Positions 9,797 through 19,199 of a stretch of DNA of 23,971 bases are shown here, piece by piece. Within the stretch, counting starts at the first letter, position 1; every line of letters starts with the position of its first letter. The translations under genes were made by a program, and so were the position numbers. The stretch covers positions 1 through 23,971 of the forward strand of contig JANNVX010000104.1 in the NCBI GenBank assembly GCA_031414595.1, read 5' to 3'. The stretch comes from Deinococcales bacterium (GTDB lineage: Bacteria; Deinococcota; Deinococci; Deinococcales; JAAFIG01). Under the pieces are notes generated by a model. The model did no database searches and was not told where the DNA came from. It saw only the letters and a program-made list of their open reading frames with translations.

Positions 9797-10311
9797 AGTT
9801 TCTCTAAAATGGCTTGGAGGCTCTGTTCTAAACTGAATACATCGGTTCGTAAATGCAAATCTGGCTCGAGTGGGGCTTCGTAGGGGTCAGAGACTCCTGT
9901 AAAATGCAAAATTTCACCAGCCAGTGCTTTTTTGTATAAGCCTTTGGTATCCCGTGTTGTCACCACTTCAAGCGGTGCGTCCACAAAAATCTCGAGTGCT
10001 TTGACCCCATTTTTTTGTGCCTCGAGTAAGACTTCGCGCCGAGCATCGCGGTACGGGCTGATGGCACTGACCAAAACAGTTACGCCGTGTTTAGCCAGTA
10101 AATTTGCCACAAAGCCGATTCGTTTAATGTTGGTGTCGCGGTCTTCTTTACTAAAGCCTAAGCCTTTAGAAAGGGTTTCGCGTACCGCGTCGCCATCTAA
10201 AATTTCGACGCGGTGACCAAGGGCGCTTAGGCGTGGTGCGAGGGCTTGGGTGATGGTGGTTTTACCAGCGCCGGATAAGCCGGTCAGCCAGATAAGTGTT
10301 CCGTTTGACAT
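9793..10311 (-). CDS. cysC: Adenylyl-sulfate kinase
   Basis: [49 protein letters not shown]. Start set at ATG10311 after a GGAG SD. Confidence 0.95.
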   Translation of the reverse strand: MSNGTLIWLTGLSGAGKTTITQALAPRLSALGHRVEILDGDAVRETLSKGLGFSKEDRDTNIKRIGFVANLLAKHGVTVLVSAISPYRDARREVLLEAQKNGVKALEIFVDAPLEVVTTRDTKGLYKKALAGEILHFTGVSDPYEAPLEPDLHLRTDVFSLEQSLQAILEKL

Positions 10312-10333
10312 AAATAACTCCAAGGTGAATGAG

Positions 10334-10366
10334 AGAATAGGTTTACTTTACAAATTTTGTCAACTA
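10334..10366 (-). promoter_or_regulatory. cys operon promoter with a palindromic Rrf2-like operator
   Basis: Minus strand TTGACA (10363-10358), 18 bp, TATTCT (10339-10334). The imperfect palindrome TAGTTGACAAAATTTGTAAAGTA overlaps the -35. Confidence 0.55.
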
Positions 10367-10563
10367 AAACATCGTAAGAACATCCGCCACCTCGAGAACC
10401 CTAGAATCAAAGGCAATCAATCAGAAAACATAGTTCTCGAGATTGCCAGACAAGAAGATAACGGGTAAGCTCCATAAACCAATGTTACGAGCAATACCAC
10501 CAATTTGAACACAGTTCAAAAAAACTAAGTAGGAAAGCCAAATTACTCTTAATCAATTCTCAG

Positions 10564-10591
10564 CAGGGCAGACACAGGGGTCTGCCCCTAC
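10564..10591 (-). repeat. GTAG-type REP hairpin
   Basis: CAGGGCAGACACAGGGGTCTGCCCCTAC. Relatives at 14709-14736, 14761-14826, 18804-18826, 22208-22311, 22332-22359, and a degenerate copy at 5492-5512. Confidence 0.8.
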
Positions 10592-10627
10592 ACATGTTGA
10601 TACCTCAACTTAAATTTACTTTTTTAC

Positions 10628-11971
10628 TTAAACCACCTTGTTTGGATTTAATAAATTCTGCGGGTCAAAAAGGTTTTTAATCTGGCGCATCCAAGCCAGT
10701 GCTGCGCCGTGTTCGGCTTGCAAATACTTTTTTTTGCGTAAGCCAATGCCGTGTTCGCCTGTGCAAGTACCACCTAAACTCAGGGCATGTTCGACTAAGC
10801 GCTGCGAAAAGATTTCGGCTCGAGGGTCGCCGTGATTGCAGACCAAAAGCGTGTGAAAATTACCATCACCGACATGCCCAAGAATACAACCCGTCAAATC
10901 CATTTCGGTTAGTAAATCACTCGAGAACTGCACCAAAGCTGGCATTTTAGAAAGTGGCACGGCAGTATCGGTAGATAAGTATTCTTTATTCGGGTATGTA
11001 TTGACCAATGCCCAATACGCCTGATGTCGTGCTTCCCATTGGGCGGTGCGTTCCTCTTGGGTGCGTGCCAAGTCTAGGCTGCTTGCCCCAGCCTCCTGCA
11101 TCAGGTCAACCGCCAGAGCGGCTTCGGATTCTAGGGCGGTTTTACTCGAGGAATGAAACTCTAAAAAAAGGGCGGGTTGCTCGAGATAATTCCTAGCCAA
11201 GTAGCTGTTTATGGCTTTAATACCCAGTGCATCCACCAGTTCAAGCCGTGCCACAGGTAAACCACTGCCTAAAATGCCATACGCTGCCTCGGCAGCTTGC
11301 TCGAGACTAGGAAAAAAAACCCGCAGAGCATGGATAAATTCTGGAATCGGATGAAGTTTTAAGGTCAGACGGGTAAAAATACCAAGCGTGCCTTCTGAAC
11401 CAATAAATAAGTCCTTGAGGTCATAGCCAGCACTGGTTTTACGCACGCCGCGCCCTAACTCGAGCAGTTCACCGCTTATCAGCATCACCTGCATTGCCAG
11501 TACATTTTGGTGCATTCCGCCATACCGAACCGTGGTTGTTCCAGAGGCGTTGGTGGCGGTCATCCCGCCAATTGTGGCATCCGCTCCGGGGTCTACAGGG
11601 AAAAATAATCCTGTGCCTTTGAGGGCTTCATTTAGGGATTTGCGGGTCACGCCCGGTTCGACCACGGCTATAAAATCTTCGGGGCGCACCTCAAGAATTT
11701 TATTCATCCTCGAGACATCTAAACTAATTGCATCCCCAACAGGCACAACCTGACCTTCTAAACTTGTGCCAGCCCCAAAGGGAATGACGGCAATTTGATG
11801 TTCTCGCGCCCAAGCAAGCGTGGCTTGAATATCTGCCACATTCTCGGCGTAGACCACTGCCAAAGGCGGTCGCTGCACAGGATAACTCTCGTCTTTGCCG
11901 TGCGTTGCTAAATCGGCGGGTGCGGTACTGAACCTAGCACCTAGGTGTTGTTGCAGCGACTCGAGATTCAT
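10628..11971 (-). CDS. FAD-linked oxidoreductase (GlcD/D-lactate dehydrogenase family)
   Basis: PFGAGTSLEG, FFPVDPGADATIGGM, GSEGTLGI, GHVGDGNFH, GEHGIG, LLNPNKV. TAGAAT 5 nt upstream of the ATG. Confidence 0.9.
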   Translation of the reverse strand: MNLESLQQHLGARFSTAPADLATHGKDESYPVQRPPLAVVYAENVADIQATLAWAREHQIAVIPFGAGTSLEGQVVPVGDAISLDVSRMNKILEVRPEDFIAVVEPGVTRKSLNEALKGTGLFFPVDPGADATIGGMTATNASGTTTVRYGGMHQNVLAMQVMLISGELLELGRGVRKTSAGYDLKDLFIGSEGTLGIFTRLTLKLHPIPEFIHALRVFFPSLEQAAEAAYGILGSGLPVARLELVDALGIKAINSYLARNYLEQPALFLEFHSSSKTALESEAALAVDLMQEAGASSLDLARTQEERTAQWEARHQAYWALVNTYPNKEYLSTDTAVPLSKMPALVQFSSDLLTEMDLTGCILGHVGDGNFHTLLVCNHGDPRAEIFSQRLVEHALSLGGTCTGEHGIGLRKKKYLQAEHGAALAWMRQIKNLFDPQNLLNPNKVV

Positions 11972-12002
11972 GGTTGATTCTACCTCGAGTCGCCCATCTG
12001 TT

Positions 12003-13028
12003 TTATTTAGCGACTAGCGTATCGCACTGGGCGTTACCAAGTGCCTGCCCAACTTTTAAGCCAAAAACTGCCCCAACATTCGATACCCGCCAAATGGCTT
12101 CTTGGACATCACAAGAAAACGGTTTGACATTATTTCCCGCCAGATTTAGGGTGTATTTTTCAGAACGGGTTGCTTCTCGTTCTGCCCCAATCCCCGAACC
12201 ACTTCTTACATTGGTGAGCGCCCAAACCACTGGAGTCTGAAGGTTGACCCCATTAGAAATCGCACTTCTCGAGTACGTCCAAGTGTTGACCACAAAATCA
12301 CAACGATTGCCGTAAATCGGCTCAGAACGGTACTTGGTTTCACAGACACGGCGCTGCGAGTATGTGCCATCGCCGTTGTCACGGCGCACACTGCGGCAAG
12401 TCTGCCCATCTGCCACTTGCCGAGTAGAGCGTACATCTCGGTACTGACGAACGCTGTACGCCCCAATTGGCACAGATTCACACCAAGCACTGGCTGGGAC
12501 TGGGGCAAATTTCTCGATTTTAATTTCGCGCTGCCAGGCATGACCCGTGACCGCAACTGTGGCTTCTCGAGTTCGTGTAAACCACCAAATCGAACCAATA
12601 ATCAGTACCGCCACAATAATCAGCCAAGACCAATTGCCTTGACTGGGGCGGCTGGTCGGTGCATTGCGAATGGCTTTCTCGGCTTGCTGACGCGCCTTTA
12701 AGTCGTCTTGAACAAACGACTGCCCATCTCCCCTTGTCTGTTCGCCCATTAAACGCACTTGGGCGGCATCGGTTAATGGCGCAGCACAATTGCGGCAAAA
12801 ATCGGCTGACTTTGCATTGGGCGATTTACACGCCGAGCAGATAACATCCGCCCCTTCGGTGGCAGCATCCAGCACCGCCACCGCCTCAGATTCATCGGGG
12901 AAATAACGCCAAGTTGGGTCTTGAGGCGCACCGCATGTTGTGCAATGCCGATGGGTTCGCGCCAGCATTTTTTTATTGCCGCAATAACGGCAATCCCAAA
13001 TCATTTCAAAACGTTGTTCTTCTGCCAT
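12003..13028 (-). CDS. Membrane protein with N-terminal zinc ribbons and a Cys-rich extracytoplasmic domain
   Basis: Four CxxC pairs (CRYC, CTTC, CSAC, CRNC), one TM helix (WLIIVAVLIIGSIWWF), further Cys residues in the C-terminal domain. Co-oriented with the SPFH gene. Confidence 0.75.
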   Translation of the reverse strand: MAEEQRFEMIWDCRYCGNKKMLARTHRHCTTCGAPQDPTWRYFPDESEAVAVLDAATEGADVICSACKSPNAKSADFCRNCAAPLTDAAQVRLMGEQTRGDGQSFVQDDLKARQQAEKAIRNAPTSRPSQGNWSWLIIVAVLIIGSIWWFTRTREATVAVTGHAWQREIKIEKFAPVPASAWCESVPIGAYSVRQYRDVRSTRQVADGQTCRSVRRDNGDGTYSQRRVCETKYRSEPIYGNRCDFVVNTWTYSRSAISNGVNLQTPVVWALTNVRSGSGIGAEREATRSEKYTLNLAGNNVKPFSCDVQEAIWRVSNVGAVFGLKVGQALGNAQCDTLVAK

Positions 13029-13076
13029 ACCACTCCGTGAGCTTTGAACCGATAAGCGACTCCCCTAATTGGCTGT

Positions 13077-14210
13077 TTATTGTGGTGGAAGCGGTGGTGG
13101 AACTGACCCAAAGACACTGCTCAGTTCGGCTACGCCACTGGCTGCGACCCAACCCGCCATGCCATTTTTCCAGACCAAGGTTTCTCTGGTTAATTGCCCA
13201 CCGCGAGCCATGTTTGCCAAAGCTGCCGCATCGAATGGTCCTTGTTGCTGACCGCCAACACCGACAAACCAATCTGCCCCGGGCAGTGGTGGCGGGGCGA
13301 CAGGCGCGGCTTGCGGACGGTTGGCGCTGGCAAGGTTGGCTGCCATTTGCTGCCCAAGCGCCACACCGACACCAGCATCCAAGAAGGCATTGCCACCACC
13401 GGGATTATTGGCACTGGCTTCGATGGCGTTGGCGGCTTGGAATTGGGTGTACTTGCCTAAGTCACCAATCACACCCATTTGTGAGCGCTTATCAATCGCT
13501 TTTTCGACTTCTTCGGGCAGGGTGACGTTCTCAATCAGCATCGTTTCTAAACCAAGACCGTACTGGTCAAAATCGGCATGCAGTGCTTCTTTTAAGGCAT
13601 CGCCCATCTGCGGATACTGGGCGGCAAAATCATAAATACTGATGTTGGCTTTACCGACCCAAGCGGCGAATCTCGAGACCATCAAAGCCCGCAGTTGTTC
13701 GTCCACTTCTTCGATTTCAAAGCGCCCATCTGTACCAACCAACTGCTCGAGCATTTTACGCGGGTCTACAACCTTAAAGGCATATGAACCAAACGCCCGC
13801 AAACGAACTGGACCAAGTTCTGGGTCACGCAGAATAATTGGGTTTGGTGTACCCCATTTTTGTCCTGTAAAAACTCGAGTCGAGAAAAAATAGACTTCGG
13901 CTTTGAAGGGTGAGTTAAAACCATACTTCCAACCCTGAAGCGTGGTCAGAATCGGCAAGTTCTTGGTGGTTAATTCATATGTTCCAGGTCCAAAAGCATC
14001 GGCAATGCCTTTATTGGTTTCTGAACTGGCTTGTTGGACTTGTCCTTCGTTGACAAAAACCGCCAATTGCCCCGGACGAACCACCAATTTAGCACCCGTT
14101 TTAATTTCGTTACCCTGACGTTGAAAGCGGTAGACAAGGGTATCGTTGGAATTATCCAACCACTCAATGATGTCAATGAATTGCCCAAGAATTTTCCCAA
14201 AAATATCCAT
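13077..14210 (-). CDS. SPFH (YdjI/Band_7_1-like) protein with a C-terminal GYF_2/DUF4339-like domain
   Basis: IKTGAKLVVRPGQLAVFVNEG, SPFKAEVYF, KWGTPNP, RAFGSY; C-terminal QQQGPF...TRETLVWKNGMAGW; AGGAG SD. Confidence 0.85.
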   Translation of the reverse strand: MDIFGKILGQFIDIIEWLDNSNDTLVYRFQRQGNEIKTGAKLVVRPGQLAVFVNEGQVQQASSETNKGIADAFGPGTYELTTKNLPILTTLQGWKYGFNSPFKAEVYFFSTRVFTGQKWGTPNPIILRDPELGPVRLRAFGSYAFKVVDPRKMLEQLVGTDGRFEIEEVDEQLRALMVSRFAAWVGKANISIYDFAAQYPQMGDALKEALHADFDQYGLGLETMLIENVTLPEEVEKAIDKRSQMGVIGDLGKYTQFQAANAIEASANNPGGGNAFLDAGVGVALGQQMAANLASANRPQAAPVAPPPLPGADWFVGVGGQQQGPFDAAALANMARGGQLTRETLVWKNGMAGWVAASGVAELSSVFGSVPPPLPPQ

Positions 14211-14346
14211 AAGTAGCTCCTTTGAATCTTACTCGAGTATAAACCCGATACCACTATATTAAATGTTTTGCGTGACTTGAACGTGACAAGCAAAATGCCA
14301 CTTGATTTCCAGATATACCGCGAAAAGCTAAAGCATCCGCAAAAGT

Positions 14347-14396
14347 TTCAGGTAATACCCGATATGCCTTCCAAAAATCTTTGGTTGTATCTCCAA
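14347..14396 (-). pseudogene. N-terminal remnant of a ParE-like toxin
   Basis: Just after the 14398 stop the minus strand reads TTKDFWKAYRVLPE, resembling the start of the 1525-type toxin. It is out of frame with the TTG at 14396 and similarity ends after ~14 codons. Confidence 0.55.
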
Positions 14397-14397
14397 G

Positions 14398-14607
14398 TCA
14401 TTCGCACTCTATAGGTAGTGTCGTCCCTGCACGTCGTTCAGCCCTGACTTTTTCCGACATTGCCAGTAAAAATGATTCAGAACGCGCAAACGAAGCCTGC
14501 CATTTTGCCTCTTCGATTTCCTCGAGTAAGCGCAGTGCAATTTCATGCTGTTGGGCTTCGGGAAGTGTTTGCAGTGAGTCAAAGGCTTGTTGCAAAACTT
14601 GGGTCAT
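14398..14607 (-). CDS. Putative antitoxin, now orphaned
   Basis: 69 aa (LPEAQQHEIA...EEAKWQASFARS), a type usually upstream of ParE-like toxins. TGCTAGACT 6 nt upstream of the ATG. Confidence 0.72.
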   Translation of the reverse strand: MTQVLQQAFDSLQTLPEAQQHEIALRLLEEIEEAKWQASFARSESFLLAMSEKVRAERRAGTTLPIECE

Positions 14608-14648
14608 AAAAAAAGTCTAGCACAGTTACTAGAAACGTTCTAAGAAGG

Positions 14649-14863
14649 TAGAGCCTCCAAAAGGTCTGAAATTTTTAGGAATTTTTGTCAAATGCGTGAA
14701 TGGAAAAACAGGGCGAACACGGGGGTTCGCCCCTACCTCACACATCTTTACGCCATTAGCGTAGGGACAGGCGACCATGCCCGTCAGGTGCGCGTTTATG
14801 GTCAAGACACCCCTGTGTCTGTCCTGTAACTAACGATGAAATGGCATTCTTTCAGAGGCTCTA
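14649..14863. mobile_element. 215-bp MITE with a 9-bp target-site duplication
   Basis: TIRs TAGAGCCTCCAAAAG and CTTTCAGAGGCTCTA (13/15 match), flanked by direct repeat CTAAGAAGG (14640-14648, 14864-14872). Contains an inverted REP pair. Confidence 0.85.
14771..14808 (+). mobile_element. Mini hairpin insertion element, copy 2 (38 bp), inside a REP
   Basis: GCG-ACCAT-GCCCGTCAGGTGC-GCGTTT-ATGGT-CAAGA-C. Removal restores the REP GTAGGGACAGACCCCTGTGTCTGTCCTG. Confidence 0.8.
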
Positions 14864-14947
14864 CTAAGAAGGCTTCGATGGTCTTGCGGTTTTGGCTGTT
14901 CAGTCCAAAAACACTGTACACAAGGTCGTTGAGCTTACCCTTGAGTT

Positions 14948-17900
14948 TTATTGTTTATACAACCCCGCCACCAAAGCGTCTATCTCGAGCCGAAGCGCCT
15001 TAAACTGCTCGAGTTTTTGCACCACCACTTGTTCTTGGGTTTCCAGTGCATCCAATGCCGCCACCGCATCGGCGGGGGTGCTTGGTAGCTCGAGTCCACG
15101 GGCTTCAAGGCTGGCAACCGTATCCGAGCCGCAGAGCTTAAATTGTCGCTCGAGCCAAAGCAAGGCGCGTTCTGGGGTTTCGGGCGCAAACTCGAGAACA
15201 ATATCGTTGCGTCCACGAATTAAAGTCTGTCCACGCACTCGAGCATCGGATACAGTTGCACCAGAATCCAGTATTTGCATTCCCCAAAGCATTTTGGCTC
15301 GAGCCAGTGGCACTTTTTGAATACCGAGTGGCAAATGTGCGGGTGCATGACAAGTACCCTGTACGGTGCGAATCACCCAACCCAAGCGCCGTAATCCAAA
15401 GAACTCGAGTCCTAGGGAATTGAGTTTTTGTACCAGTGCAATAATCGGTTTTTGTTGCTCGAGGCTAATGTCTGGAATGGGAATGGGTTTGTAGTCGTCT
15501 GGGTAAAGATTTGTACGGTCACGACGATTGGCTTTTAGATAATCAGAAATGTAGCTTGAATTGAGAATGCCTTGTAAGAATTCTAGGCTAAAATTTACGG
15601 AACGCTGCTCGAGAATACCTCTATCCTGCTTATTCACAGAATCATTGATAGGGCGATTCTCGACACCTTTTAGGGCAATCCACGGCACAAGATGATGGAT
15701 ACTGTGATTGGTGTATAGCCAGCCTAATTCTTGATTTCCTTTGTCTAAAACAGCGTTGGCTTGGTTTGCGTCATTGCTCGAGACGACCATCGAAACCCCA
15801 ATTTTTTGGTTCTTAAACAATTCTGGAAACCTTGCACGACGAATTCTTTCTGGCGCACGCAAACCAGAGCCATACTCGAGAAAACGCATTGAAATAAGCT
15901 CAAAAGGTTGTACGTCACTGGCTTCAATATAGGCGGCGGGATGTTGATTATCTTTTTCTAGCGAAACTAAATCATCTTTTTTGAACTCGTTTGGAAATTT
16001 GATTTCATGAGACTGCAACTCCATTCCAGCACTGATAAAACATATCTCCTCGAGCCTGTGCATTCCTTTTAATTTTTCTTGGGCTTTACTCTGCCGCCAG
16101 ACTTGAATACCTATTTCGCTTTGCTTGGCGGTTTCTTCTTTGCTTAAAACACTTTCTAGGCTTTTGGCATCGGCGGCGGGTTGGGTAAACCAACGGCGTA
16201 GGGTTTTGGCTTTGGGGCTTGGAGGGGTGTTCTGGACAAAAAAGATGGTGTTTTCGACCACCGCATCTTCAAATAATTTGACCCCCGGAAAAAATGCCAG
16301 TTGCTTAATTTGGGTTTTGGCGGTTAGCAATTGGCGGATACTTTCGGTGTACGGCACAGTTTCGATAGCATTTGAGGTAATCATTCCCATTGTGCCGTTT
16401 TTGGCTAACAATTGCCAGCCAAGGGCAATAAATGGCACAAATAAATCCCATTTTTTCTGGCAAGCCTCACGCAAGGCACTGATGGGATGTTCTTCTTTAA
16501 TTTGACGGCGGTATTCTTTTAAGCCCTCACCACCTTCGTCGGCTCGAACATAGGGCGGGTTTGCCACCACATAATCAAAACTGGTTTGCAGTGCCAGTTT
16601 TATTTGTTCGGCTTCGGGCATTCCGCGTAAATCGAGGGCTTCGGCTGTAGGGTTTATCTGCTCGAGTTGGGCGATTTGGGCGGCGTTAGCTTCTGGCTTT
16701 AAGGTGTCGGTGTTAAAAATCTTAAAACGCTCGAGATGAATTTCTTGCCCTGCGTCCAAAGCGGTTTTTATTGGGTCTAGTACCTGAATTAACAAATTGG
16801 TTTCGGCTAAATAACAAGCAAATGGGTTTAAGTCTAAACCGTAGACACCTTGCTGCACCGTCTCGAGTACCAAATTGACTTCTTGGGCTGGAATCTTGCC
16901 CTTGTGGTGTTTTTTGAATGCCCCAACAATGCGGTTGGCGGCTTTGACCAAAAATGTTCCACTGCCACAAGCGGGGTCTATAATCCGTTTGCCTTGGACG
17001 GCATCTAAGCCTTGGTAGCCAACTTGGTCTAGGATATAATCCACAATCACTGGTGGGGTGTAATACATGCCGCTTTCGTGCTTGTGTTTATCTTCGACAT
17101 AGCGGCTGTACAAATGCCCAATCACATCTTGGTCTATCTGCGCTAAATCGAACTGGGCAAAACGGTGCAGTATCCGAATCACCAAATTGCGGTCTGGGGT
17201 GTACCAGTCGTAGAGCAAGCGTTCGCTGTAAAAATGACGGTAAATATGTTGTGCGCCACTGTACGCCATCTCGAGCAGAAAATAAGTGCTTTTGCCTTGG
17301 GCATGGCGTAAATAATACGGCTCGATGGTTTCAAACCAGTGCGCCACACCGCCGTTGGTAAAAATTCTGGGGATAAGGGCTTTATCTTCTAAAATCCGTA
17401 CCAGCAGCATTCGCACCACCAGCACATAAGCAGTTTGGGCGCTAAATTCGCGTTGCAAACGGGTTGGGTCGTTGGTTTTAAGAATAATCGTGGCAACTTT
17501 TGCCACCCAAGCGCTGTAGGATTCGCGCACTTCTATCGCGTCGCGGTATTGGCGCATCAGGTCGTCGCGGTGATTGTGATAACTGCTAATCAGGTGTTGT
17601 AAACGGCTGATTTGTCGCCGCATTTCGGTGCTGATGGTTTGTTGTGGCGCAGCTTTTTTAGTCACTGGAATCTCGAGCAAGCTGCCTTGGGCTTCGGGGA
17701 TAAGGGCATCAAAAACATTTTCTTGGGTTTGGTCTGGCTTGGCTTTCTTGATTTTTTTGGCTTCTATTGGCGTAGCACTGGCTAAGGCTTGTTTGGCTTG
17801 TCGCTCGAGTTTATCAATTAAGTCGCGCTCGGTAAAACGCTCGAGTTGACCTTCCAAAAAATACTTGGTCGCCAGCCAAATATCGCTAATTCCCGCTTTG

Positions 17901-18766
17901 CTGTATTCGGAACTCAATGCCTCCATGCTCTGCAAAATCAGGTCTCGAGCATTGCTGTTTGGTTCGCTTGGCAGCCGTTCTAGGGCAGTTTGGTATTCTT
18001 CAAATTCACGTAAGCGCAGCCGCAACTGAGCGCCGACATCAAATTCGATTTCTTGAATCACAGCACGGGTTTGTTCGATTAAACGTTGCAAAAAATCGGG
18101 GTTGCTGCTCTTAAACTCTGGGTTAAACGTGCTGCCGTCGAGCGCATGAAGTACGCCAGCCTCGGTATGGGTCAGTTCATGAACCAATTTGCCAGCCCCT
18201 GCATAAGACTGCCTCGAGAAACGGTTATAAAAGGCGGCTAAGGCGCTGATGTCTTGGTCGTCTAAGCCAGCCAAGCCGCTTAAACCGTTGCTGTATAAGT
18301 TGCCCTCGGTTCGCCACCGCGCCACCAACTCGAGCAAATCTAGGTCAGCAATTAAAGCTGGTACGGGGTCACGCAGTTCGTATGCCAGCAAGCGCTTGCC
18401 ATTGCATAGTAGTCCTCGTGGCGCACCGTTTGAGCGCATATAGCCCTCGAGTTGCGCCAAGGCTTCACGCTCGAGTGCCAGAATGCCCGATTTTTTATCT
18501 TCGATGATAAAACACGGCTTTGGATAAGTGCTTAAATGCACCAGAAAATCTGGGCGGCGCTTACCAACCGCGTTATCGTAATCGTATTCGGAATCGGTGT
18601 AGCCAAGGGCTTTAATTAAAAGCTGCGAGACCCGTAAGTCGACAATGTTTTTTTCATCGCCGCCATGGTCGGTTTGACTAAAATACTGGGTAAAGGTTTG
18701 GGCATTGTAAAAATCATCTCGAGCCAAATGACCAATAAACTCAGCAATAAATGTTTCGGCGGACAT
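14948..18766 (-). CDS. Fused type IIG-like restriction-modification enzyme (PD-(D/E)xK nuclease, N6-adenine MTase, TRD)
   Basis: N-terminal RRPDF...IIEDKK...QLEGY; MTase motifs GMYYTP, IIDPACGSGTF and VVANPPY; TaqI_C-like region ending GILNS. Extended -10 TGGTAACTT 5 nt upstream of the ATG. Confidence 0.85.
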   Translation of the reverse strand: MSAETFIAEFIGHLARDDFYNAQTFTQYFSQTDHGGDEKNIVDLRVSQLLIKALGYTDSEYDYDNAVGKRRPDFLVHLSTYPKPCFIIEDKKSGILALEREALAQLEGYMRSNGAPRGLLCNGKRLLAYELRDPVPALIADLDLLELVARWRTEGNLYSNGLSGLAGLDDQDISALAAFYNRFSRQSYAGAGKLVHELTHTEAGVLHALDGSTFNPEFKSSNPDFLQRLIEQTRAVIQEIEFDVGAQLRLRLREFEEYQTALERLPSEPNSNARDLILQSMEALSSEYSKAGISDIWLATKYFLEGQLERFTERDLIDKLERQAKQALASATPIEAKKIKKAKPDQTQENVFDALIPEAQGSLLEIPVTKKAAPQQTISTEMRRQISRLQHLISSYHNHRDDLMRQYRDAIEVRESYSAWVAKVATIILKTNDPTRLQREFSAQTAYVLVVRMLLVRILEDKALIPRIFTNGGVAHWFETIEPYYLRHAQGKSTYFLLEMAYSGAQHIYRHFYSERLLYDWYTPDRNLVIRILHRFAQFDLAQIDQDVIGHLYSRYVEDKHKHESGMYYTPPVIVDYILDQVGYQGLDAVQGKRIIDPACGSGTFLVKAANRIVGAFKKHHKGKIPAQEVNLVLETVQQGVYGLDLNPFACYLAETNLLIQVLDPIKTALDAGQEIHLERFKIFNTDTLKPEANAAQIAQLEQINPTAEALDLRGMPEAEQIKLALQTSFDYVVANPPYVRADEGGEGLKEYRRQIKEEHPISALREACQKKWDLFVPFIALGWQLLAKNGTMGMITSNAIETVPYTESIRQLLTAKTQIKQLAFFPGVKLFEDAVVENTIFFVQNTPPSPKAKTLRRWFTQPAADAKSLESVLSKEETAKQSEIGIQVWRQSKAQEKLKGMHRLEEICFISAGMELQSHEIKFPNEFKKDDLVSLEKDNQHPAAYIEASDVQPFELISMRFLEYGSGLRAPERIRRARFPELFKNQKIGVSMVVSSNDANQANAVLDKGNQELGWLYTNHSIHHLVPWIALKGVENRPINDSVNKQDRGILEQRSVNFSLEFLQGILNSSYISDYLKANRRDRTNLYPDDYKPIPIPDISLEQQKPIIALVQKLNSLGLEFFGLRRLGWVIRTVQGTCHAPAHLPLGIQKVPLARAKMLWGMQILDSGATVSDARVRGQTLIRGRNDIVLEFAPETPERALLWLERQFKLCGSDTVASLEARGLELPSTPADAVAALDALETQEQVVVQKLEQFKALRLEIDALVAGLYKQ

Positions 18767-18823
18767 GGTTTAAGTTACCATGTTGTAAAGTAAAGGATAA
18801 GGACAGGACGGTCACAAGGGTCG

Positions 18824-19193
18824 CCCATAAGCATCAGGTTAAGAGCAAAAGCCTTTCAGTACGCATAGAATCACAATCAGTCAGCCCCTCACCCGACTCG
18901 CTTGAAGCTCGTCACCCTCCCCCAAAACACGCTTCGCTGGGGGAGGGTTAGTGAGTAGTGTTGACTTCTGTTAAACTTGAAAAACGTGCTAAAAACTGTG
19001 TTTTTTAGGTTTCTAGCCCTCAATTTGAACAACAAACCAAACCGAACAACCCTCTCCCGCGCTTTTTGGCGGGATGAGGGTAACGAGCCTAAGCGAGTTG
19101 GGTGAGGGTTGGAGCGCGGTATGGACAATTCATTGTATGTAATAGGTTTTTATTGTTCTGCACTATAAATTTCCTTAAACTGATGCTTATGGG
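18824..19193. mobile_element. MITE-like element carrying an internal inverted pair of CCCTCACCC-type palindromic repeats
   Basis: 20-bp inverted ends CCCATAAGCATCAGGTTAAG and CTTAAACTGATGCTTATGGG (1 mismatch). Internal inverted units at 18886-18948 and 19049-19108. No TSD resolved. Confidence 0.65.
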
Positions 19194-19199
19194 AGGGTC

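Noticed and set aside
10367-10520. Possible decayed ORF upstream of the cys promoter
   Set aside because: All frames are short or stop-interrupted, with no recognisable family.
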